Below are positions 27,098 through 35,921 of a stretch of DNA of 64,000 nt, one piece after another. The position numbers were made by a program, and so were the translations under genes. The notes beneath the pieces were generated by a model. That model had not been told where the DNA came from. It saw only the letters and a list, made by a program, of their open reading frames with translations, and searched no databases. Source of the DNA: a virus (lineage: Duplodnaviria > Caudoviricetes). Positions within the stretch are counted from its first letter, which is position 1. The number at the start of each line of letters is the position of its first letter. The stretch spans positions 1 to 64,000 of IMG/VR virus record IMGVR_UViG_3300005445_000001; one strand, written 5' to 3'.

Positions 27098-27178
27098 AAG
27101 ACCTCCAGTTGGAGATCGCGTGCATACCAACGCCTAGTCGAATTCAGCCCACGCGCCGCCGAGCTCGACGGCTACGTA

Positions 27179-27277
27179 TCACCGACGGTGCTTGCGCGAC
27201 TTGCGGTGCTTGCGGCAATGTCCCTTGCGCCTGCCACGACTTACAAGACCGAAACGGCAATGCTTTTTCTTAGCCAT
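27179..27277 (-). CDS. Protamine-like 32-aa peptide (not in ORF track)
   Basis: AAAGGAG RBS; MAKKKHCRFGLVSRGRRKGHCRKHRKSRKHRR (16 of 32 Lys/Arg). Confidence 0.65.
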   Translation of the reverse strand: MAKKKHCRFGLVSRGRRKGHCRKHRKSRKHRR

Positions 27278-27334
27278 CTGAATTTCTCCTTTGGGTCAGA
27301 TCGTCAACCAACAAATGGTCGCACACGCTTAGCC

Positions 27335-28204
27335 CTAGGTCAAACGCTTGAGAAATTCGATAAATTCGCTCACCGTCTTGGCGCTCTTGGATTGGTTACA
27401 ACGCTGACAAGCCGGTCGATAGTTGGCCGGCCAGTTTGTGCCTCCACGAGACAGCGGGATCGCGTGGTCTAAATGCTCGTAGGGACCACCACAATACGCG
27501 CATCGACCACCATAAAACGCGATCCGGTTTTTGATCTGCTCAACGGTGGCCGAACCTCTAGCGTTTCGCGCGTTCCATCGATAACGAGCAATCAACAATT
27601 TGGCTCGCTCTGGATTCTTCCTTCGCCAAGCTTTGGCGTAGGCTTTTTTGGGCTCTGGATTCCTACGATAGGCAAGATGCTTTAACACTCTAACCCTATC
27701 AGGATGAGTGCTAATCCACCATTTACTATAAGCCTTAGTCTTATCCGGGTAACGAAGTCTATATCTCCTCGATTGATTGCGGTGCGTCTCTGGATTGGAC
27801 TTATACCTTTCACGATCCTTGGCACGCGCCAATTCAACATTACGAGCGCGTAACTCACGAGCATACGCTCTGTAGTGTTCACGATTGGCGGCGCGACGTT
27901 CTCGTTTCTGAGCGTTCACGAGATCTTTGTTGGCCGCACGCTTCTCCCTCTTGCGCGCATTGATCTCATCCTTTCGAGCTTCTCGCCACGCTTTCTTGTA
28001 GGCCCGATGTTTCTCGATGTCGCGTGCATACAAAGCACGCGAGGCTGATTTGTACTGCTCAGCCCTTGCGGCCTTGCGTGCCCGACGCTTAACTAGATCA
28101 GGACGATCGCTAGCCACACCAAACCTAGAGGTTCGAAGATCGAAATCGGTGAGCAACACTCTTGATGTGCGAGCCCCAAAACGCCTTGATCGCGTCGAAT
28201 GCAT
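27335..28204 (-). CDS. HNH endonuclease with long basic helical N-terminus
   Basis: CAYCGG..EHLDHAIPLSRGGTNWPANYRPACQRCNQSK; start uncertain. Confidence 0.85.
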   Translation of the reverse strand: MHSTRSRRFGARTSRVLLTDFDLRTSRFGVASDRPDLVKRRARKAARAEQYKSASRALYARDIEKHRAYKKAWREARKDEINARKREKRAANKDLVNAQKRERRAANREHYRAYARELRARNVELARAKDRERYKSNPETHRNQSRRYRLRYPDKTKAYSKWWISTHPDRVRVLKHLAYRRNPEPKKAYAKAWRRKNPERAKLLIARYRWNARNARGSATVEQIKNRIAFYGGRCAYCGGPYEHLDHAIPLSRGGTNWPANYRPACQRCNQSKSAKTVSEFIEFLKRLT

Positions 28205-28586
28205 CCTCGTCAGTGTTGTACTCTCTCACGATCGCAGGGAAAATCGAGCGCTCGAACTTCCCACTCACGTATATCGCACGTCCAGCCTCAGCTTGTTCGA
28301 GTGAACGCTGCGCAAGTGACACCGCGTAGCCAAGCTCGAACGCGGCTCCGAAGCTGTGCGCTCCGTATGGCATGAGCAGCCAGAACAGTGGAGCGCGCTC
28401 GATCTGAATGAGATCACCGACCGCGTAGCCGGCTCGGGCAAGCGGATCACCGGTCGGGTTGGCCGCACCAACAGCGCCGATCGCCTCAGGCCACGAGCAC
28501 GTCACGCCGATCGCAGCGGCGCGCAGCGCGTTCATCCATTTCACAGCCCGATCCATTTCTTGAGAGCTCGCGGCGACGTAGATCAT
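28125..28586 (-). CDS. Nucleoside 2-deoxyribosyltransferase-like protein
   Basis: IYVAAS, GDLIQI, GAAFELGYA. Confidence 0.7.
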   Translation of the reverse strand: MIYVAASSQEMDRAVKWMNALRAAAIGVTCSWPEAIGAVGAANPTGDPLARAGYAVGDLIQIERAPLFWLLMPYGAHSFGAAFELGYAVSLAQRSLEQAEAGRAIYVSGKFERSIFPAIVREYNTDEDAFDAIKAFWGSHIKSVAHRFRSSNL

Positions 28587-29107
28587 AGTGCCGTCACGAT
28601 CTCAGCGGCTCTCCACTGCTCTTCGACGTCACCTAGACGTTCGTCCATCGTTTGCTCGTCTTCGATCCTAAGGTGAGCATCAGAGACGATCGCGTAGTAG
28701 AGCTGTCGCCAGAATTGGGCGACCTCTAGATCGGGATGCTTATAGCCGAGGATCTCGGCTGCGTGCATGAGATGAAGCTGGAAGTGGTGAGGGAGCTCGT
28801 CGACGTGTCGAAGATAGACGCCGACAAACTTATCGAGGTGCCCATCGCACTCACCGGTGCCGTGAAGATGCAATGGACCTGTGAACGAGCCGCCACCTTC
28901 CTCGTATGGATCCCATCTCACCTTGGAGTCGAATGCGCAGATCATGAACGATCGTCGCAGATACCGCAGCAAGACCTTGACCGGATGATCCTTGCGAATG
29001 CCGTCGGGCCCACGCACTGCACAGATCAGAACTGACTGCATCATGAACGTGATGTCGTTCGTCCAGTCTTGGAGAACCGATCGGCCTGCCCCCTTGCTGT
29101 ATCTCAT
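28583..29107 (-). CDS. Conserved phage hypothetical protein
   Basis: SVLQDW, RGPDG, HFQLHLMHAAEILGYKHPD. Confidence 0.7.
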   Translation of the reverse strand: MRYSKGAGRSVLQDWTNDITFMMQSVLICAVRGPDGIRKDHPVKVLLRYLRRSFMICAFDSKVRWDPYEEGGGSFTGPLHLHGTGECDGHLDKFVGVYLRHVDELPHHFQLHLMHAAEILGYKHPDLEVAQFWRQLYYAIVSDAHLRIEDEQTMDERLGDVEEQWRAAEIVTAL

Positions 29108-29252
29108 TACCGATCCCTCCGAGGAACCTGCTTCTTGAGCTGCTCGAGATTACGAAGAGCTGCCGCCCGTAGCTTCTCGTTGCCGGTGTACGTTGCCGAT
29201 TTGATCGCCTCGGTCATCCACCTAATGTCGTGCTCCTTGACACTTTCTCCAG

Positions 29253-30137
29253 TCATGGCTTTCTTCCCCTGATTAACAGACATTTTTTCTTGCCTCGACT
29301 AGAGGCCTTTGCGCTCACTGCGTGTCGCTCGTCAATCTCTTCAATGTGCGCCCACTTGTAGATCTCACGGATGAACGGTGTGTCATTGTTGGTCGCCCAC
29401 ACTTGCGCGCCGGTCGAAGCAAAGAACTTGAGCTCCTCAGCGAGCGAGAGTTGCTCGTCGCGTGAGAATCCGCTGCCGTCGTAGTCATCGAACATCGAAT
29501 CGTAGGGCGGATCGGCATACACCGCGATGTGCCGAGCGTCTTGCTCGCGCCAACGAGCTAGCGTGAGATGGAAATCGCCATCACAGAGCGTCGTCTGGCC
29601 GGAGCGCAGATATGTCGAGTAGCTCTCGATCTCCTCGAGCGACAGCTGACGTGGGTTCGTGAGATCACCCCACGGCACGTTGAAGAAGCCCTTGGAGTTG
29701 GTTCGCCAAAGTCCGTTGAAGCAACGAGCGTTGATAAACAGCGCATGCGCCGCCCGCTCACACCACATCAACCGATTCTGTCGGATCATCTCGTTGAATC
29801 GTGCACGCGCTTGGTAATAGCCATGCTCGGAGTTGCCGTACTTATCTTCTAGCTCGCGAAGTGCTTGGTTGAGCGGCACGGGCATCGCGCGCAGGCAACG
29901 CCACACATCCATCACGACCACGTTAACGTCGGAGAGGATTTTGATTGGGATCGTCGGTATCGACAGCGCGATCGCACCACCACCTAGAAACGGCTCGATG
30001 TATACGCGTGCCTTGCTTGCTAGGATCTCGGGTACGAGCTTGCTAGCCAGCCATCTCTTACCCCCCACAAAACGCATGAAGGGATCAAGAGGTTTGGGCG
30101 GCGCTGGCAGTGCATTTTTCGCAGCGGTGTTGCGCAT
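29253..30137 (-). CDS. dam: Dam/D12-class N6-adenine DNA methyltransferase
   Basis: FMRFVGGKRWL, YIEPFLGGG, CFNGLWRTN..FNVPWG, YADPPY. Confidence 0.9.
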   Translation of the reverse strand: MRNTAAKNALPAPPKPLDPFMRFVGGKRWLASKLVPEILASKARVYIEPFLGGGAIALSIPTIPIKILSDVNVVVMDVWRCLRAMPVPLNQALRELEDKYGNSEHGYYQARARFNEMIRQNRLMWCERAAHALFINARCFNGLWRTNSKGFFNVPWGDLTNPRQLSLEEIESYSTYLRSGQTTLCDGDFHLTLARWREQDARHIAVYADPPYDSMFDDYDGSGFSRDEQLSLAEELKFFASTGAQVWATNNDTPFIREIYKWAHIEEIDERHAVSAKASSRGKKKCLLIRGRKP

Positions 30138-30468
30138 CCCTAGCTCCAATGTCTGAGACTCCACTCCAACCAATATCACGCGCCGCGGAGAGCACCTTCG
30201 CTTGGGCCGGCTTGGGCGCGAGCGCGACGATCTTCGATCCACATCCGTCACAGGTGAGGATGTAGCGCTCGTAGATTGGATACTCACGTTCGTTTCGCTC
30301 TTCGACAATGCGAGATAGGCGATCGATCTCTTGCAATGCTGAGTTATAGAGGCCCTTGAGCCTGACGTACGCTGCAAGCTCAATCGTCTCATCCAATCTG
30401 CTAGCTTCTTCGCCATCGTTGCTCACGGGGTCAACAGCCCCTTGACGAAGTCGACGATCTCGAGCCAC
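30085..30468 (-). CDS. Hypothetical protein with two CxxC motifs
   Basis: CDGC and CEKC. Confidence 0.5.
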   Translation of the reverse strand: MARDRRLRQGAVDPVSNDGEEASRLDETIELAAYVRLKGLYNSALQEIDRLSRIVEERNEREYPIYERYILTCDGCGSKIVALAPKPAQAKVLSAARDIGWSGVSDIGARDAQHRCEKCTASAAQTS

Positions 30469-30605
30469 TCTGGCGTGCTCAAATCTACCTCGCGACGGAT
30501 CACCCAGCCACGACGATGGAGCTCCTCGCGCATCCGATCACGAAGCTGCTCGTAGCTGATCACGTACTCGCCGGGGTCTACGTGACGAAGCATTACGGCA
30601 ACCAT
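30423..30605 (-). CDS. Hypothetical protein
   Basis: Packed ORF. Confidence 0.5.
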   Translation of the reverse strand: MVAVMLRHVDPGEYVISYEQLRDRMREELHRRGWVIRREVDLSTPEWLEIVDFVKGLLTP

Positions 30606-31243
30606 CCATCTGGAAGAGGAGCGATCGCTGTCATTCCGTGTTGAGCATCGCCACCCGAGACAACACCGATGAGATCACCATCGCCATCATAGACGCCTGC
30701 ACCACTGTCGCCGTGCTGCGTCTTGACTTTGATGAGTAAATCACCAGAGCCACATTGAACTCCTCGTGATAGTGCTACACAGCGAAGCTGATCCTTGCGC
30801 CAAGATAGCTTGGCCGGAACCACGTCGAGGACTTCGGCCGAAGCGATCTCGAGGAGCGCTACATCGGCGTCGATGTCCTCGCGAACGACGACAACCCGAC
30901 GATGCGATCCATCGCTCATACGAATACGAGCCGTAGGAATCACCGGGCACATCGTCACGTGCGCGGCGGTCAGCAGATGTCGCCCATCGATGAACACGGC
31001 CGAGCCGCTGCGACGTGGATACCACTCGATCGTGTCGGTCGGCGGCAGTCCATCAGGATGCGGCGCGAGCATGTCTAGCTCGGAGCACCACACGGTGATC
31101 GTTGCGGAGTAGGCGGCTTGGCTGATCCACGAACGCGAGGTCTTCGGCTCGGTCGGAGCCTTCGGAACCAGGCAAGCTGAGAGCAACATCAAGATCACAA
31201 ACCTCATCACTTGTTCCATGCTTATCCGGTTGTCACCCCTCAC
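30593..31243 (-). CDS. Trypsin-like serine protease, predicted lipoprotein
   Basis: LTAAHV (His), DVALL (Asp), GDSGAG (Ser); MRFVILMLLSAC lipobox from Met13. Confidence 0.85.
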   Translation of the reverse strand: MRGDNRISMEQVMRFVILMLLSACLVPKAPTEPKTSRSWISQAAYSATITVWCSELDMLAPHPDGLPPTDTIEWYPRRSGSAVFIDGRHLLTAAHVTMCPVIPTARIRMSDGSHRRVVVVREDIDADVALLEIASAEVLDVVPAKLSWRKDQLRCVALSRGVQCGSGDLLIKVKTQHGDSGAGVYDGDGDLIGVVSGGDAQHGMTAIAPLPDGWLP

Positions 31244-31854
31244 AGGTTGACCGCCTTTGTTAGTTGCTGAGTTGGCGCGGCGGTTGCCGCGATCGAAATA
31301 AGGAGATCACGAAATGGTGGCGGTGTGGCGCGGCGTTGCTTCCTCGACATCCGTTGTACGGCGCCGATGCGGCGCTCACGCAAAGGATCACGTCCGGGAC
31401 GCGGCTTGATCTGTGCTTCGCTCGGACCCCACGTTAGCGCCGGAAGCTCGGTGTGCGCCGCGTAGAGCCACGTGGCCTTGCGCGCGCGATGACCGTAATG
31501 GCCTTGCTCTACGCAGCACGTCCAGCCGATACCATCGCCAGCAGAGATCCAGCCACCTTTTCGCGGGGGTGCAGTCAGTCCGTGGATGCGCCAAGCGAGT
31601 GAATCGGCGGGATGCTCGATCACTCCTCCGAACACGCGAACGGCAGCTAGTGCCGACGCAAAACAGCCGTCATCTTGCCCGACGTTGGGACCCGCCCAGC
31701 GACCAAAGCGCTCGCACGGCGGGTGTGCGATCACGGGGTGCGGTCCTGCGTACAGCCGCGCATCTCGCACGACGTCCCAGGGCTCGATACCATCGAGCCC
31801 GAAGTAGCATCCGCCCGTCGCAACGAACAATGCCGCTATGTAGGTGGCAGTCAT
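31240..31854 (-). CDS. Short C5-cytosine methyltransferase-like protein
   Basis: IAALFV, RDARLY.GP.PVIAHPPC (PC motif), QGHYGHRARKATWL. Confidence 0.6.
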   Translation of the reverse strand: MTATYIAALFVATGGCYFGLDGIEPWDVVRDARLYAGPHPVIAHPPCERFGRWAGPNVGQDDGCFASALAAVRVFGGVIEHPADSLAWRIHGLTAPPRKGGWISAGDGIGWTCCVEQGHYGHRARKATWLYAAHTELPALTWGPSEAQIKPRPGRDPLRERRIGAVQRMSRKQRRATPPPFRDLLISIAATAAPTQQLTKAVNL

Positions 31855-31879
31855 CGTGCGCTCGTCACGTTTGGGGGTG

Positions 31880-32110
31880 TTAACCGGATAAGCATGACTT
31901 GTTCTCCTCTGACATCAACCTACGAAGCTCTTTCCAAGCCGCGACCGATTCGGGGCTCGGGTCATAGATATTGACCGTCACCAACGATTGGTTCTCGGTT
32001 CCGTTGATCGCCTCGAAGATCCGCTTGAACATCGTCGTTTCGTTCTCGCTTGTGTTAACCAGGACTTCGAAGCGCAAAAATCTTCCACCATGTTTTGGTT
32101 CGGTATTCAT
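31880..32110 (-). CDS. Hypothetical protein
   Basis: ATGA overlap. Confidence 0.5.
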   Translation of the reverse strand: MNTEPKHGGRFLRFEVLVNTSENETTMFKRIFEAINGTENQSLVTVNIYDPSPESVAAWKELRRLMSEENKSCLSG

Positions 32111-32604
32111 CTAGATCTCTCCACGTAGTCGGCTAATCCTCTAAGTACAAGAGGATCATCGTTGCAATGACCTAAGGCCAAATTGCAGTGATGACAGAGA
32201 ATTCCCCTAACTTTAAAGGGGTCACGTTGATGATCAACATGCCAAAGATCCCGCTTGTTTTTGGGATGAACGCTCTTACACACAGCACAACATTTTCCTT
32301 GGCTATTGAATAACTTATTCCAATCCTCAATCGTGATTCCAAATTTGGATCTCAGATTGTGCTCACGCTTGTAGTCTGGGTTTCTCTCTAACCATATCTT
32401 TCTATATGCCTTCTTTTTCTCCTTGTTCTCAGGCTTTGACTCATATTTAGCCCGGCTTCTCTTGCCGCTATCTGGGTTTCTAGCTCGCCAAGCCCTTTGA
32501 TACTCTTTCCCAAACTTAGATCGATGTTTGCGGGCAGAGTCATTTACGCTATCGATATGAGCCGCCCTCCAAGCTCTTTGGTACTCCTTATTTGCCGTGG
32601 TCAC
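32107..32604 (-). CDS. Endonuclease VII-like homing endonuclease
   Basis: QGKCCAVC, HVDH, VRGILCHHCNLALG; visibly AT-richer. Confidence 0.85.
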   Translation of the reverse strand: MTTANKEYQRAWRAAHIDSVNDSARKHRSKFGKEYQRAWRARNPDSGKRSRAKYESKPENKEKKKAYRKIWLERNPDYKREHNLRSKFGITIEDWNKLFNSQGKCCAVCKSVHPKNKRDLWHVDHQRDPFKVRGILCHHCNLALGHCNDDPLVLRGLADYVERSR

Positions 32605-33134
32605 TTCATCAAACTCCCATCTTGAGCAAGCTCGTGGAGAAATTCTGCGAGCGTGGCGTAGATGATCACTTGCAGCTGAAGGAGCTGCAGTTTGCCGGGA
32701 TCGGTCTCACCGGCGATCTTGCCCCGGCACGCAGAGACCTTGCTCGTGCAGCGTGTGGCGATCTTCATGAACGTCCGCGAGACGATCTGATCGGTTCCCA
32801 AGAGCTTACCGAACATTGATCCCTTCCCTTCGAACGATGTTTGCAACTCCCCAACGCTCACAGCATTCGTTAGCGCCGATCGATGCTGGGCATTCGCCGA
32901 ACGTCTTGCAGTTGCAGGACGCGACCCACACCGTTGGGTGGTAGAGAATCTTGCTGACGGTCTCATCAGAGTAGAGGCTTCTGATCTTCGCGATGAACGC
33001 AAGGCCAGGTTGGCCATCGTCGGGCAACCACTTGTTGGTGTAGATGACCTTGCGAGCTCGACGGCGCGAGACGATCTCGAGCCGGAACACCTTTACGGTA
33101 TCGGCCATGCTCGGAGGTCGGCAAAACGGGTGCT

Positions 33135-33443
33135 TCACGGCGGCAGACCATCTCCTCGAAGACCGAGCTCGATCTCGAGCATCTCGAGAACATCGAGGCA
33201 CATCCTGAGATGCATCTCAGGCGTCTTGTCGATCAGCTCGCCACGAACGCTCTTGATCGCGTTGGTAACGTCATCCAGCGAAAAACCGCACGTGTGAAAA
33301 TGGGTCTTGCTAAGAGACTTGACAGAGTCACATAGCCTCTTGACTGATCGACGAAGATCACGGTTCTCTTCGAGCGTTAGGTTGAGCATCCTAACGTAAG
33401 CGGCTGCTTCGGGCGGAGGATTGTCTAGATCGATCGAGCTCAT
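33135..33443 (-). CDS. Hypothetical protein
   Basis: TGATG overlap with thyX. Confidence 0.55.
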   Translation of the reverse strand: MSSIDLDNPPPEAAAYVRMLNLTLEENRDLRRSVKRLCDSVKSLSKTHFHTCGFSLDDVTNAIKSVRGELIDKTPEMHLRMCLDVLEMLEIELGLRGDGLPP

Positions 33444-34285
33444 CACTTCTCCATCGTCACGAACAGGTTGGGCCATCGAGCAAGCGCAACACGCTTCCAC
33501 GTGCGGGCAAAGCGGCACATTTCCATATCAGCCGCTTCATCGTCACGCTCGGCAAAGAATTTCATCATGGCCATTGGATTGGTGGTCCAGATAAACGACG
33601 TGCCGCAACTCATCAAGAGATCACCGGCCGTCGACTCGTAGATCCGTTTCTTGTCGAGGCCCTTCGGCTCAGCCCCTTTATGAAGATGTCTATATCGATT
33701 TACCTTTTGTTCGATCGTCCCAACATAAGCGCTATAGTTACTCTGAGCTAGATCTCGAAAGTGGCTGAGTTCTACCTCGTCTTCGAGGTAGTACGGATGC
33801 GCGATGTAGACGCCCGGATGATGCGTGAACCGCGTCGACTCCTGCGACGGCGAGCCTTCCTCGTCGCGATCGGCGCCAACGTAGTTGCGGATCAGCTCGT
33901 GAGATACGCGCCGCGAGATGTGCGCAAAGAAGAAGGTCATCTTGGCGTGGTAACCCGTCGAGCGATGCGGGATTCGTCCCTGCCACATCGAGCGGAGATA
34001 CTCTTCATTTGTCCGCTTAGCGCCGGCTTCGGCGAAGCTGTCGTAGCACTTCCGACCTGCAAGCTCGCACAGTAGCTCGTTGTCGGTGATGCGAAAACCG
34101 TTCTCGCGTAAGCCGTTGTGAGGAACAAGATCCAGCACGTCCTCGAATCCGCCTTCGGGGACGCAGTTGGGTCGATACGTCTGGACCCAATCCGCCATCT
34201 CGATCACACCAAGACGATCTAGCCTCATGTCAGCGAGTACGACGACGATCGGATCGTCGGTGATGATGGTTGCTTTGGCGGTCAC
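33443..34285 (-). CDS. thyX: Flavin-dependent thymidylate synthase, variant motif
   Basis: ELAGRKCYDS, ISRRVSHELIRN..SQESTRF. Confidence 0.8.
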   Translation of the reverse strand: MTAKATIITDDPIVVVLADMRLDRLGVIEMADWVQTYRPNCVPEGGFEDVLDLVPHNGLRENGFRITDNELLCELAGRKCYDSFAEAGAKRTNEEYLRSMWQGRIPHRSTGYHAKMTFFFAHISRRVSHELIRNYVGADRDEEGSPSQESTRFTHHPGVYIAHPYYLEDEVELSHFRDLAQSNYSAYVGTIEQKVNRYRHLHKGAEPKGLDKKRIYESTAGDLLMSCGTSFIWTTNPMAMMKFFAERDDEAADMEMCRFARTWKRVALARWPNLFVTMEK

Positions 34286-34330
34286 TTGAGCGGCTCCCCG
34301 AGTGTTCCCTTGAGTTGGGCGATGCGGCGC

Positions 34331-34783
34331 CTACCACAAAAATTCATGATCTTGATCTCCCAAACGGACCCTAGCCATTGCTAGATATTGTCTCAGCAAC
34401 TCTACTCTATGAGATTGCTTGTTAAGCATTCCATCTAGGGCATTGCAAAATCTGCACAATACCCCACGAATTTTCCCAGTCGTATAGCAATGATCAACAC
34501 AAGCTGTTCTATGAGAAAGGGGTAACCCGCACGACTCACATTTGAGTCCACTCCTAGCAATAGCTAGACGAACCTCTTCAACTGGAACACCTAATCTCCA
34601 AGCCCTCTGATGATCTCTCCTAGATTCTGGATTTTTCTTCTGTCTATCAATTATCCCCTTGATTAGGCGCTTCCTATTTCGAAGATATTTCTCCTTAGCT
34701 GTTATCCTACAGCATAGGATACAGGCTCCGTGTTTATTCCTTTCGGGGTTTGGGTGCCCCCTCTTGCAGTATTTGATCGTCAT
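34331..34783 (-). CDS. Endonuclease VII-like homing endonuclease
   Basis: CESCG, CVDHC..TGKIRGVLCRFCN; AT-richer. Confidence 0.8.
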   Translation of the reverse strand: MTIKYCKRGHPNPERNKHGACILCCRITAKEKYLRNRKRLIKGIIDRQKKNPESRRDHQRAWRLGVPVEEVRLAIARSGLKCESCGLPLSHRTACVDHCYTTGKIRGVLCRFCNALDGMLNKQSHRVELLRQYLAMARVRLGDQDHEFLW

Positions 34784-35181
34784 TTCAATGAAGGTGGAGC
34801 CTCTCCCCTCATCTGTGCAATCTTGCGTTCCAGGTACCACTTACTCTTTAGTAAGTCCTCCAAACCAGCCTTTTGTTTATGGCGCAAGATGTACTTCACC
34901 ACATTGCCAAGCTCAAATCCAAGGTCGAAGGTCTCGATGATCCGCATCACGAGGTCACCCTTGTAGTGGCTCGGGTTGACCGGATCATCTCGATCACACT
35001 CGAGACACGTGCCATCAGAACGCATCAACTTACTTCCATGCTTCGAGCAAATCGGTTGGGGTGACGTCGTCTTGCTGGGTAGAACTCGACGGGCCTTATC
35101 AGCGATCTCGGTTGATCTTCTACCTGCATCCTCTTGCATGATCCTCATCCCTTCCAGATCCATTGGGTCATCCTTATCCAT
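34780..35181 (-). CDS. DUF3310 domain protein
   Basis: DPVNPSHYKG, GNVVKYILR, EDLLKSKWYL. Confidence 0.85.
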   Translation of the reverse strand: MDKDDPMDLEGMRIMQEDAGRRSTEIADKARRVLPSKTTSPQPICSKHGSKLMRSDGTCLECDRDDPVNPSHYKGDLVMRIIETFDLGFELGNVVKYILRHKQKAGLEDLLKSKWYLERKIAQMRGEAPPSLK

Positions 35182-35414
35182 CAGATCTTGCCTCGTTTGC
35201 CTGGATGAGTCTGGCGAGCACGCCGACGCTTTGCAGCCCAATCAGCAAGACTCATCTTGTCGATGGCTGATCCGCCACCCTTTACCGTGGTGCGAACGCG
35301 ACCATCCTTGTCGGTGCGCACCACGTAGCGAACGGTGGGAATGTAGTTGAGAGGCCTGGCCGGCTTCGTGCTGCTCTTCATCGCTCGATCAGCTTACGAT
35401 CTTGCGAGGAGACC

Positions 35415-35921
35415 TTAGGCGGCTCGCGGGAAGTTGAGGCGCGCAAACTCTCCGAACAACTCCATCGCTGCGCGATCATAAGCTAGTGCTGCTTCCTCTC
35501 GCGTATCGTAGGAACCTAAGTTGATCGATCGCCTCCTCGACTTGATCCATGCGCCCCACCGTCTACCACGTTTGGAGACGCCTTTGAATCCTGAAGTGTT
35601 GTGACTCGGCCTAGCGGCATTTTGAAGTTGTTGCTCACGTGTCGCTAACCGCAAATTCGAGCGTCTGCAGTCCAACGGATTCCCGTTCCTGTGATCAACT
35701 TCTTGTGTTGGATAGGCTCCCAAGATCGCGCGCATCACTTCGCGATGTAGATACAACGTAGACCTCTTCCATCTTCGACGACGAACGTAGAATTTCCCAT
35801 GCGTCGACTTCTTGACCTCCCAGTCAATTACAGCAAGGGGCTGATCCTCATCGTCGATCAAAGCAACGACAAGGTGTGATCCGTGCGCGATCTTGATCTC
35901 GATCACGCTGCCCGCGCCCAA
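35415..35921 (-). CDS. HNH-AP2 homing endonuclease
   Basis: [25 protein letters not shown]; AP2-like SGFKGV..WGAWI..LGSY..AALAYD. Confidence 0.9.
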   Translation of the reverse strand: MGAGSVIEIKIAHGSHLVVALIDDEDQPLAVIDWEVKKSTHGKFYVRRRRWKRSTLYLHREVMRAILGAYPTQEVDHRNGNPLDCRRSNLRLATREQQLQNAARPSHNTSGFKGVSKRGRRWGAWIKSRRRSINLGSYDTREEAALAYDRAAMELFGEFARLNFPRAA

